A stretch of 64,000 nt of DNA, taken from positions 898,062 to 962,061 of the forward strand of contig NW_003314293.1 in NCBI RefSeq assembly GCF_000143415.4, written 5' to 3'. This DNA comes from Selaginella moellendorffii (lineage: Eukaryota; Plantae; Lycopodiophyta). This document shows, piece by piece, positions 48,979-61,494 of the stretch. Numbering within the stretch: the stretch's first letter is position 1; every line of letters starts with the position of its first letter. Below the pieces are notes generated by a model, which did no database searches, was not told the DNA's origin, and saw only the letters and a list, made by a program, of their open reading frames with translations. Both the position numbers and the translations under genes were made by a program.

Positions 48979-50789
48979 ATGATAGAGCATGTGTATACAC
49001 GATAATTTGGAATTCAAGAAGCTCCTATATTTATTAGCAAGCTATGATTATAAAGGCCCATTTTTGAGATAACATTTCAAGAATCAAAGTATTGTCAGTG
49101 TCATAATAAATAAATCTCATTCCCAAGAATAAAACCTAGTATATAAATTACCTAGAAAACTTATAGTCATTGTAGTTTTTTTGTTTTCCTTGAACACCTT
49201 AAAAGTTTGTATAGAAATGGCTCGAAGGAAAGTCATTGCTACTCGTATTTAACCCCCTAACATTTCATATCAATTTTCACCTTCATCCCCAAGTTCTACT
49301 AACATTCCACCTTCACCTCCACATAACAATCTTTTTTCTATTAAGGGCTCTAGTGAAGTTGAACTAGAGCTCTTTGTATATGTCTAGATCTTGCTACTAA
49401 AGAGGGATTGTCTCTAACACTTCAAAAGCAATACCACATGTTTTTGCAAGATCTTGCTTCTGACATGGTGGGACTATTTGAAAGCACAAAAAATTATTAT
49501 ATTTGGTGTTTAATATGCTACTTTTTTTGGACAAGACAAATGACTCTATAGGCTTACAAATTTTTCTTAAGTATTGTAGCAATTGCCCAATGGCGGGTCT
49601 GGAAAATATGCACATATGGATGTACAATAGATTCAAGAATGAGTTACGGACACATACCTTTATTGCTTCATGATAAGGAACAACATCCCCTTTAGTGTAA
49701 AATATGGGGTTTTTAGGCCACTCTATAGTGGAGTGCAGACTATACTTGAACTCACGAGCTGAAGAGTTGAGCTCAATTTTCAATTGTAATTTAGTACAAA
49801 CATTATAAACTTTAAAATTTTAAGGTTATGGCGAACTTAATAATTTCATAACTCTCTATATATTATATAAATAAAAATGTTCTAAAGGACACTTCTTGTT
49901 TTAATAATTTAAATATTTACTACATGCAATGATAAGGACGTTTGTTAGAACATAAAATAAAATATTTACAAAAAGAGTATTCTTGTCACTTCCTTAAATC
50001 TATACTCTGTGCTTTCTAGCTAGTAAATATCAGGTTTGTCAGAATTTAAAAATTATTAAATTTGAATTAAGATTCTATGTAAGGCCATATAATTTTGAAA
50101 GGAAAAAAACAAACAATTGTTGATATAAGTTTGTTGCAGTGAGACTTGGTTCTTTTCTAGAGTACATTTTTTAGGGATTTATTATAGCATATTATCTAGA
50201 ATTTATAGATCTTCACTTGCCCTCTCATTCGAAGAAAGAGAAATACACACAAATGTCTATGGGTTCTAGTGATGGTAATTTTAAGTCTCACAATCTTTCT
50301 TCCTAATGTTCAAAGGTTACGAGATGCAATAGTTATCCCATTGCACAACATAATTAAACCATAGAAGAGAAAGAAAGGGAGGATAGTGAATATAGTGATC
50401 ATGAATTGGAGATAAATATAATGACAGAGGGTGATAAAACTTGGGTGAAATTGAATACTTATTTTAGAAAATTGCAATTCTGTGACTTTCAAGAAATGCC
50501 TTACATATTTTCTAGCTTTTGGTGGAAACAATAGTGATGATTAATATGATGGTATATATGCTCTCACAACACATTGCAATATTACGCACCCGAAAGACTA
50601 CCATGAAATATTTTTTGAGATGGTAAAGACAAAAATGGAAACTCACGAATACTATGGGCAGTATTACAAAAAAAACACTCACAAGTATATGAAATGAAAA
50701 GTGAATTAATAAAATATTTTTATTAATTATCTAAGGTATAATAAGTTTATATTATTGATAGAGAATAAACATCAATAGTGCTGGAAAAT

Positions 50790-53700
50790 CTAGTTAGCTC
50801 CAAAAAATTTCTGCAATTCAATAATAGTAAGGCTTGCTTGGTGTATATGAATATCTATTTTAGGATCCTGGTGCAAGATGTTGATGAAGATGTAGTACAT
50901 ATGCTTGCAAGGAGCATATGCCTTTCCATGTTCTTCGCGCTTCATAAAGTCTAGACATGTGCAAGAAGGAAAGTCTTGAATGGCAATTGTGTACTCTCCA
51001 CCTTCTGTTTTGACTATGTACTCCTTTGCAAGCGTAGTGATATACTTCGTGGAGAGAATTTCACACTCAAGTGTTCAAGCCAAATTTATTTTACCTTACT
51101 TCTACTTGGAGATGGTACTAATAAATTTAATTGCCTTACCTTTTTTTGTTGACCTCTTGTGCATCTTTGTAGGAATAGTCTTGGTTCTTCACTCATGTCT
51201 CTAACTCTCCTTTTAAGATTGAAACTAGATTTCTCAAGGTTTTCAATCTCATCCGAGGTGAGTGCAACCCCATTAGCAACCAGCCATTTTTTAGGTACTA
51301 CATCAAATTTAGTCACTATAGTGTCTTCAAGCCGCTTTGTATGGTTGACATCTGTGTTGCAGCAATATATCCAACACCATCTTGAAAATCTTGCTTGCTT
51401 TCGTTCCCTATGGAAACATGGGGCTGGAACAAAAGCAGACTTGTCACCATGGATCCAAGCCCAAGATTTGCCCCTTAGAAGCATCCTCACACACCTTACA
51501 TTTGATTTTGCTGGCACTCGACGGATTGCCCATTGCTTCGGCTCCACACTACGATAAGAAATTTCAATATGTTGTGATGCACTTTCTTCATCAGCCACTT
51601 GATGTGGCTTGGTTTGGGGGCGATGTCTTGGAGTAGAATGATACTCAACATCAGGCCTGTGAGAGCTTTTTGCTCCAAGATCCGTGCCAACTTCTTCACC
51701 AGTAAAGGAAAAGCGACGCTTTCAGCAGACGGTCTTCATATCACTAATAGAAGCCCAGGGAGTGTACTCCATAGATGTGTTGCAGACCACTTCCTCCACT
51801 GCAGTTGCCACTGTTTGTGTTGGTGGAGTCACTTTCTTCTTCATCCGATCGTGTAACATCTCAACCAAAGATCCTGTTCCTATATATCTTTCTTCCTCAA
51901 ATGCCAAGGCTTTTGAAAACTGCTCTACAGCGTATATCAAATCTGATAGACATGCTTCATATAGACTCATCTTCCCTTTCCATGCCACAGAGGAACGCCA
52001 GCTCCAATGCTTACTCTTTGAGAGATTCACAGTTGGGGTGTTTGGGGTGTATGCAAGATCCTCAGGTGGTTGATTCTAATAAAAAGATGATATTAAAAAG
52101 CAATAAAAAGAAAAACCAACCTAAAAAGAGTGATGTCCCCATTCGAACATCCTAACTTCCCAGCACCCCAACCACAACTCAAGTTGTGGTAGACAACTTA
52201 CGTCTATATGGCCATCTTCACGCCACCACATTTAAATCTCGTTTGCTTTTGCCTCATACTCTTCTTCAGAAGGTGCACCCTGCCATTGTTTGCACAACTC
52301 CTTAAATGCACCATTACCGGAGATGGCACACTCCTCCTCATTTCACCGCACTGTGGGATCCAGGACAGTACATCTCCAGGGGCTTCTTACATCTCTGGGA
52401 AACTATAGGCGTCATACAGATGCTGATCAAGCAAGGGCGGTGTACCTTAAACTGATCTCACGATCGACTCAAGTCCTTCACAGTGGTAGACGCAATCACA
52501 TGGGAGAGATGAGGCTGGGGGCCATGGATAAGGTGCGAAGTTCACCACCAGTACGGATAGGGAGCACACATTTGTGGAGTGAGTGGCATGGATTTGGGCG
52601 GCACAGAACCGGACTCTAGTTCCTCGATTTGATCTGCACAGAACCAAACTCTAGTTCTAGGGATCCTCCCTTCATCACACCCCCCCGCCAATATGCTCTT
52701 TGCCAGTTTCGAGCATGTCAAAATCGAACCTCTATAGTTTTTAAGAGGGTAAATATGAAAAGCCCTATTAGACAACTCTTTAAATGTTAATTGGAAATTT
52801 GGCTTGATAAGGTAGCAATGTTAGTTTAGGCTCTGAGCCCAATGGAACTCACAAGTCCTCTCATGACCTTCTAAGGGTTGATCATTCCTTAAGACTACCC
52901 AGACACCATTCTAATTGGCCCCAACCCCATCATCTACCATGAAACTGCGAAAGTTGGCAAGTTTACCAGTCCTCTTCAATACAATATCAGAGAGGGACTT
53001 CCAAATATTTCCTGAGCCATCTGGTCTTGTACTTTAAACTCTACTGTTGCAATTGTCAAGTTACAATGTAGCCTATGAAAAGAGCAATGCTTAGAGAAAA
53101 AATAACTACCTCGGATCATATATATGAGCTCCCATGGTTGTCCAGCCCGTTACCCGCTCCATATGGTCAAAATGTACCCATGTATTAGCAAGGTCACTTG
53201 ACCCAAACAAATCCATTCAAAAAACAAAATCCACACCAAAGGCAGGGCCCATGGTAGATATTTTGAAGATGAAGGGCCACTCTTGCTCACTAACGACTTG
53301 ATCTGGAAATAAACTCCCATGGATAAACTCATAGGGACAAGTCCATTTTAGTTCAAGGATAGAGTCGATTTTTTATTGAAGTTTCCCCTCTCGAGATTCA
53401 CACATCCAAGACTTTATCCTAAATAAAACAAAATGTAAGAGAGATATTATTGAAAAGTATGTAATAATATTTTCGTACCTCCTGAGGCTAGTTGCAAGTT
53501 GCACATATCATAATAACTCCCGCAAGCTAGCCTCATCTAGTTGAGTATTCTTGCACTCCGGATCAAGTAAAGTGCTTATGATGAAATCCTTGAGCACTGT
53601 CTTTTGAACATACTTCGGAGTTGTAGATGAGTTTCTCACAGTCTCTATTTGCACTGCATCTTTGAAATGGTTGACTGAACTCCTTTGTATCCCTTCCTGC

Positions 53701-54480
53701 ATTGGATGTGTGTGCGTGCCAATATATACTACAGCTCTACCAGCCTCTCCATCCTGTGAAGAAAATAGTACATCTTGGCCCTACAGATGGCATGACACAA
53801 TGGAGCATTCTTGTAAAACCGACACTTGAATCCAACACCAATGGTGTCACAGATGGGAGGATTGATTGCAGATCCTTCAAAAAATGTGGAGTTTTTACCA
53901 TGCTCTCAATTGCATGCTTTATTCACACAATCTAAATATCCACCACAATGAACCATGGACACTATGCCTTCAAAATGCTAGAAATGTGTGGTCTTGATCT
54001 TGCACCAGTTATAGACGTCTTGCTTGGTCTCCATCCCCTTTCGTTTTGAACTGACAAAAGGTGGTAGTTCAAAAAAGATATTGCCATTGTATGTAGATGG
54101 GAGCTCGCTAACGGGCCTATGCAAAAAGGAACACACGTCGATAGAGAGGCGGGAAAACCGAAAAGTGTTGCAAACAGCTTTGAATATCAGTGAAGTTGGA
54201 GTTTGGAAATTCTTGGCTCGCACTGGACTAACATTTCCTTTAGAACTAGAAGAGGAAGAAATGATGACGACCAACTCTTGCTTCATATTCACTTTAGCAG
54301 GATCACAGCCTCACACTTTTATTAGAGATTCAAAAACTCAAATCTCTTTTGACTTAGAATGTTGCAAATCCCAATATTGTCCACCTTCACCTACACCTAA
54401 AAGAAGAAACTCCGATCGTTCAACTACACCAATGTTGTTGCGAATCACAGCCTCCAATCAAATAGAACCGAGATTTTGAT
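50790..54480 (-). mobile_element. Decayed Mutator-like (MULE) transposase gene with introns, N-terminal Cys/His-rich domain and C-terminal SWIM finger
   Basis: Manual minus-strand translation: WVHFDHMERVTGWTTMGAHIYDP (~53200-53110); FMVDDGVGAN*NGV..ERTCEFHWAQSL (CxxH, ~52945-52825); SCTCLDF..PCKHMYYIF (SWIM, ~50970-50885). No TIRs identified. Confidence 0.8.
52309..52771. mobile_element. 463-bp insertion in the MULE transposase with a 15-bp TSD (non-LTR-type insertion, putative)
   Basis: Flanked by ACAACTC(C/T)TTAAATG at 52294-52308 and 52772-52786; removal restores ..FQLTFKELCKQW.. Confidence 0.65.
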
Positions 54481-54828
54481 AGATGTATAAGTCAGGAGAT
54501 TCTAGTTACAGGATCTCCAAAGTGAGGAGAGGAGAGCATATCAGTTTTACAGCCAATTGTGCAAGGAGTGAAAGATGAAATTGTTATTCTCTCCAATGAC
54601 AAAAGTGAAGAAGATGAGCTTCTCAATATAGCTTCCTAGACATGTAAGTGCACTCCTTCTAGATTAGTTTTTGAAGCGGTGGATAAGGCATTTTGGCAAT
54701 CTCGATCATTATGGTTGGAATTGAACAATTCCAATACATGAGAGGTGAGGAGCTTCTGCTAGGGAAGAGAACATCTAGGCACTCAAAATCACGCTTGCCA
54801 CTCCTTGACTACGCTTTGTAAGACGTCA

Positions 54829-55540
54829 ATCCATGGTAGACACTGGTGGTTTCTTATCTGCAACACGAGACTCCTCAAGTCAATTCCACCATCAAAGACC
54901 CGCATCAAGCAAAACCATTGGAATAGCCACTAAAGCCTCTGCATCTAGAGTTCCCCTAGCAACCAAGAACTTCTTCACATTGGCTAACCAAGCGAGACAC
55001 TCGTCCACACCACCATCACCGGAAAAGGTTGGAATCTTGAGTCAATCTACCAAAGAAGGCTTACTTGGAGCGCTACCCCGTCCAGCCTCGAGTGCCTCAA
55101 CACGCCCACACATGGCATCCATCATGCCATGCATCTCATCTTGCATCTCTTGCTGATTTCGATTAAAGGCTCGCAGCTCGTGAACCACATCTTGAATGGT
55201 CCAAATCTCCACAACTTCATTGACACCATCATCAGCACCACCATCGACAATAGGATTCCAGCGTTCAACTTGGTCGGCCATCGCAACCAACTCCTCTAAT
55301 ACCAATGTTATGATCCGACAAAAAAAAGACAGAGATCTAGTCGCCCTAAATTATGCTACACCACCTCTTGAGGGTCCTCACCACCCAACCACCCCCGAGC
55401 TACCTCAAAAGCTCCATTGCATTGCCACTCCACTGTGAGCCCTAGGGTAGGTTAAGTCCCTCACCCTAACATGCCTTAATATATCCTTGAGCCTCCCTTT
55501 GACCGATGTTGACCACGTGGTTTAAAGTTGGCGCCTAACA
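54829..55540 (-). mobile_element. Gypsy family A copy 4 (duplicate of the A2 5' end): LTR 55306-55540, PBS, truncated gag
   Basis: Same flank (GGAAGGGCCTTAGG) as the A2 5' LTR. Confidence 0.92.
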
Positions 55541-56916
55541 GGAAGGGCCTTAGGCAATTTTTCGAGCAGAGGGCGCATCGAGTGGAGACAATTGCAGAGA
55601 ACTACCATAAAGTCTTTCAGTGACAAGTATCCCATACAATTGGTAGGCATTTTTACTTTTCCAAACTTATCGTGTTTCATACAGGAGGAAGAATGGACAA
55701 CAGCTTCAGAGGACTCAGAAGCAGAGCCAGAAAAACGTGAGTCTTCATGGTTTTATATCAGTAAACTGTGCATTGAGAACTACTGATGAAACGGCCACTT
55801 CTGCTGAACTGGACTCTCCAAGACTTTTTGAGGACAGCGATGACAATCACGACAATGATACTGGTCCTAGCTTTGAGCAAGGAACTGCAAGTTGTGACGA
55901 GAGCTTTTAACAACCACACAAGCAGGACTGTCTTTTGGCAAACGAAGTTTTCCTGACCTGAATCGGGTTCCTCAGCCATGTTTTTTATCAATAGCCTCAT
56001 AGGCTGCCAGCATCTCATCCTTACTTACGGCACAAGGTGCTGGACTCCAATTTATGCTTGCGGTGAAGGGAATATCACCCAGTACATCTCCACGCGCTTT
56101 ACGAATACTGCTGATGGCTGGGATATAAGACCTAAGATTCCCAATCAATCAATCAATCATTGTTTCAACAGTTGAAACAATGGGGCAGAGTTATTCACGT
56201 AAGTTCTTTGTTTTCGATGTTCTGAAGAAGTGGTTTTCACTTATGGATGTTTCCTTCGGCCCTTGGACACTGATGGCAGAGTGGACGGAGATTGAGCACG
56301 CCTGGCATAGTTTTGTCGTGAAGAAACAAGAGAGTTATGTAGGCTCGAATGATCACAATGTATGAAAGTAAGTATGTGAAATGTTTTGCCACAGTGGTCA
56401 CGCATTTGTTTTGTGGTCGTAGATGTTTAAAGAGCTGCCGGATCGAGCAACAATCATCATGAGCAGCGAAGATGAATTCCAGAAACTACAGAGGCTCACC
56501 TTGATGGGAAAGCAAAAAGGTTGTTTGGTTTCGTCTTTTTTCTTCCCTACCAGGACACAAGAATGCTGCCTCCAAGGGAATGTTTTCAACAAGTATTACC
56601 CACTTCTACTGTGCCACCATGACATGATCCACAGATTCAACTTACAGGTCCGCGACTAAGTGGACCGCCAATGACTAAAGGCCTCTTTTTTTTACAGAAG
56701 TAGTACATTCCATGACCATGACAATGGTCGAGGATTGGAGAGATTTATGAGAAGCTCGGTTTTGCACAAGCCAGTGAGGACAGATAATGGGGAATAACTT
56801 CTTCAGAAAGAAGAAACTAAGAGAACGAGCTTCTTTTTTTCCTTAGATTGCAGGTAACCTTGTTCTGTTTCCAGTTCCTTTTGGCATTGCCCTTGTGATA
56901 GAAACAGAGAAAAGAA

Positions 56917-57305
56917 ATGCCTGTGTCACTGCAAGACAACATTTTGGAGACGGTTCTCAGCTATGGGGACCTGGCCACCAAGTGACCGCATCATGGAAAG
57001 CCATCATCAGCAATCCATCCTTTCACTGCCACTGGTGCCAAAACAGTGGCCACAAGGAATCCTTGTGGCTTATGACTAGTTCCTTCCCCCACGGTGAGCA
57101 TTGCTATGCCTAGGATCCATCATGGCCAAAACACAGTGTGAAGTTTCCAAAAATTTCCTCCCACTCAAGTCATTGCTTCTGCAGGTGGTTTGGTATGTGT
57201 CTTCAGGACACACAGGGGCATGATTGACCATGCTGATGTGTTTCACCTGGTGGTGGGGAATCTAGTGACCCAAGGGTGGAGTTAACTACCATTGCTCCAT
57301 TGGGA
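56917..57305 (+). pseudogene. F-box pseudogene, duplicate of 16442-16830
   Basis: Near-identical sequence with shared disablements. Confidence 0.8.
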
Positions 57306-57654
57306 GGACAGAAAGATATAGTGGGAGTAATTTAACAATGTTGATATATGTGATTAATCTCATCATACACCTAATAATGGACATCATAGCCATGACCACA
57401 TCCTCGCCTTTGTCCTTAAACACGAAAAGGAGTAATATCAACCTTCATCAAAATAAAACCATCTCTAATTAGAAATGGAGTTGAAGGATGTACAATTAAA
57501 AGTGGAAGAGCTAATATCTTATAATGTTATGTTAGTCAAAGAGTATAGTCAAAGGTGGCTAGAGCAAGTGTATGCACAAGTTCCATAAAATTTTGACAAA
57601 GTGCTGAATTTGATGCACCCTTTGACAAAGACGATGCAATTGTTAGAAGGCATT

Positions 57655-60600
57655 TGTAGCGTATGTGGTTTTTCCCCTTTATCCTATGGTAATTTACTAT
57701 AGGATAACACCACGAAACAGAACCTAAACCCTCCATATGCCATATGTCATATGCCATGTGTCTAAAGGACAGTGGTGTGGAGCCCGAGGTTCAGGGCCAC
57801 TGAACGAAGGAATGGTGCCAAAATCCCAAACATGGAGCCAAGGAGTGATAGAATCAAACCACAGAGCAACTCTCGAGCATACAGCCCAAGGAGCGAAGGG
57901 ATAGAAGCCCGAAGCAACTTGGAACAATCCTAGAGCAACCAGCATCCCAATGCCAAGACCAACACGCAAAACGGAGATAAACAAAGTTTGGCACTATTTT
58001 GGCATATCGGTGGCCTAACACAAGGACATAGGTACTCCACCAGCTAGCATGGAATGGAACTTGGGCTTAGACCTAAGCCAGATGCAAAACAAAGACAGGC
58101 ATGCAAGCGGGAGCTAAATTATGCCTTAGGTTGGTTGGCCATGCTTAACTTACCCACGATCCCTCCTATACATTTGGAACCCCCCACAGCTCTCCCCCCC
58201 CCTTGAGGAACACATGCTTTAGGCTTTCACCCCAAGCCTCCCTTAGTATCAGGAGTTAGTCTCTAGGACAAGCTCAAAACTTACTAAATATGGAATGTCC
58301 CTAGATTGCGAATTTGGACACAAGATGAACACCATTGTGTTTATGTCAATATCTACATTCTGTAGATAAGCCAAATGAGCAAATTTGGACACTTTCCATA
58401 AATAGTATTTGGAACCGAAATGAGACTAACACAAAGGGCATGATAGCGAGGGTGTTTGGCAAACATGGTAAGCTATCATCTAGTGAATATTGAGGGACCA
58501 AGTTCAATATCACGGGGGTTCCCAACACTAGTAAGTATAAGTCAATATCATGAGTTTCTCGTCACCATACCAAGTATGTTTGACTAAATAACAACATAGG
58601 ATTTCCTTCCTTAGTGCCCTTCTCGTCTAAATGCACATGTGATGACCAGTTTCTCAACTAGCTTAAATTGAAACTAATAAAGGGTCTAGCAATACTAACC
58701 TTTGTAAGTAACCAAAGAGAATGACTTGAGAGATGATCCATGGGGTTTATATATAGAGGGAAAGGGCCCATAAACAATAGTGCACCCCCTTTTCCAATCA
58801 GTTAGGGGTCTTAGGATACTTGGAGTTAGGCGTCCTTGGGTTTGAATAGTACTGGGCTGGATGACCTCCCAGAAAGTCTAAATTCAGAAGTTTACATTTG
58901 GTATTAGAGGGGTCTCAGGTCTGACTCTATTGGTTGGCTAAGGGAATCACACCACATGTTAATTAACATCTGGCAAGGGTCCAATATGCTCCGACTGGGC
59001 TTGACCCGAGGGGTAGGGTGTCAAGAGAGCGAGGCTCTTGGGAGAGCTGCGGCTCTAAGCTTCCGTTCACGAGGGTATGAACATACAGGGAAGCGTGGTG
59101 GATTGTAAGCAACTAAAGAGAACGACTTGAGAGATGATCCATGGGGTTCATATATAGAAGGAAAGGGCCCATGAACAAAAGTACACTTTCTTTTCCAATC
59201 GGTTAAGGGTCTTGGGATACTTGGAGTTAAATGTCCTTAGGTTTGAATAATACTGGGCTGGATGACCTCCTGGGAAGTCCAAATTCATGAGCTTATAACC
59301 TCCTGCCGTTGTGGCAGTAAGGAAAGACTGTCCATAAGGATTGGCCAACAGGTAACGTTCGATACCCAAAGTCATATTTGTGACGCTCTCCCCCCCTAGG
59401 GAAGATCAACGTCCTCATTGATGCATACTCGAGTCTAGAATACCGCTAGTGACGCTCTCCCTCCCTAGGGAAGATCAACGTCCTCATTGATGCATACTCG
59501 AGTCTAGAATACCGCTAAGGAAACAACTTCACGGTATTCACACTATGTGAGAAATGCACTAACTTAAATGAGTTAGGGTAACTTTTTTATCTAAAGTGGA
59601 TGCACTACCAACTTAGACACCTTCTGGCTGTCGCCGACAAAGAAATGACCAACAGAGTCAGCCACCCTTGCTACTTTGGGTGTCACCCAGCTTACAAAAG
59701 TGTGATACACCCCTGCCCACAGGTGGCATAGAGAGAGGAGCCAGAGGCCCCAACCCTCATGAGCAAAGAAACCAAACTTGTCAGTAAGGTTTAAATAGAC
59801 TATTATAAACAAGCAGTTAAAGTTGTTTACACGGTCACACCCTTTTTAAACGAAATAAAGAACATCAACAGAAAGACAGGTGATGTTACCAGTCAACAGT
59901 AGCTACCCCATGACTAAAGATTTCACCATGCACACGAAGTGCCGAAGTCAGTTTGCCTATACTGGCCCAAACTCAAATATTAATAGATGGACAATATCAA
60001 AGTCAAAGACAATGATATTTGAGAGACTTAATGTATCAGTGATTAAATCTTATATTAGAACACAAAAGTTTTCCAAGTAAGCTATCATCTGATAAACTAG
60101 TATTATAGTATAGAAACCACCAAAATCATCATATTTGAAAAACATAAAATTCACCATCAAACAAAATTCAATAGCAAGTATATCATCAAGTAAACTCAAT
60201 AAGAAAACTTAACTACCGAAGATTGTAGACAATATGCCAAACAATGTACCAAAGATAACTCAAAGAACACAAAGTATTATTGACTTGGCAAGCAAGATGC
60301 TCGCAAATGTATCACCCGAAGGAAATAACATTCTAATTTATCAGAACTAACTTGAACAACAATTAACAGAACAGAATGAATATGGTAAGACCAATAAACA
60401 CTCATTCATGCTAACTATCGCACTAGCCAATTTAAATAGATCCCAATCAATAATACAAAAGAACTTAAATTGCCTAAGCAAGTGTTAGCAACATCTTACT
60501 GATGTCTCAAACCCAAGAGATCAATCTAGAGCAAACCACAAAGAACATGTGGTAATGCAAAAAGCAAAAAGAACAACTAACTATCATGAAAGACCATCAA

Positions 60601-61494
60601 TTATCCCATCAATAAAAATATGCTTAATCATTGTCAAAGAAGGAATCCACCATCCCGAAGAATAGTAAATCATTCTGTATCAATAACAATCAAGCAAAAC
60701 TTTTTGACAAGGATAATCAACTTTCCTAGATGATAATCAATCATCACCAATGATTGCTAGATGCAAAAACCAACTTTAACATTGAAACTAATGAGCCAAA
60801 AATGCCTTCCCCAAACAATTCTAAACAAATAGAATAATGAACATGAAACTCAAAGAACCAAAAGCTCAAAGAAGCTTATAGTCAAGTCTTGTCTAATAAT
60901 GATCACGAATTTCGCATGAACCAACTTCAATACTAAAGAAGAAATCATGGTACAACCCATAATATCCTCCTCAACATATCTATAAGCCAAACTTCATAAT
61001 GCTAAAGCTAATGAAGAGTATATCTGCATCAATCTAACAGCCAAGCATATGCTCAATAAGTGATTATCAAACCGATCCTCTATGAATCCATCTATAGCAA
61101 AACGTAACTCACTTCACAACAAGCACAAGAAGAATCATCAATGATCAATATATTTCAGCTCAAATCCAATAAGAATTCAAATATTCCAATATCAATCACC
61201 CCTACTAAATAATCTCGTCTAGAACATAACTAACTCAAACTTGCCACTCAGCTCATTTAAACACTAACATAGTTGCTAATTAGCAAATGCATGGATGCCA
61301 ATAACACAAAGCCGTAACCCAAGCATCAGCACTATTTGCATCGAGACTAATGAAACTCAATATCAATCTTACGGAGAAACATCTCATCCCACTTAAATCT
61401 CAACACCAACAATGTCAATGATAAAGCATCACTTCAATGCCATCAACACCATAACAAAGCTAATAGAAAGCAAGAGTGAATCACCACTCAAAGC
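57655..61494 (-). mobile_element. Family B, duplicate of B2 (3' LTR, PPT, part of interior)
   Basis: Same GCATT flank and same Cassandra insertion as B2; retains the PPT region lost in B2. Confidence 0.92.
58703..59297 (+). mobile_element. Cassandra-type TRIM copy 4 (duplicate of copy 1)
   Basis: LTRs 58703-58896 and 59104-59297; same TSD ACCTT/ACCTC. Confidence 0.92.

Larger units (their letters stand above)
54829..61494 (+). repeat. Segmental duplication, copy 2 (of 14363-20854)
   Basis: Same junctions as copy 1; the right side is interrupted by a younger B insertion at 61495. Confidence 0.95.

Noticed and set aside
49397-49783. 128-aa minus-strand ORF
   Set aside because: No recognisable motif; cannot assign a product or show it is coding.
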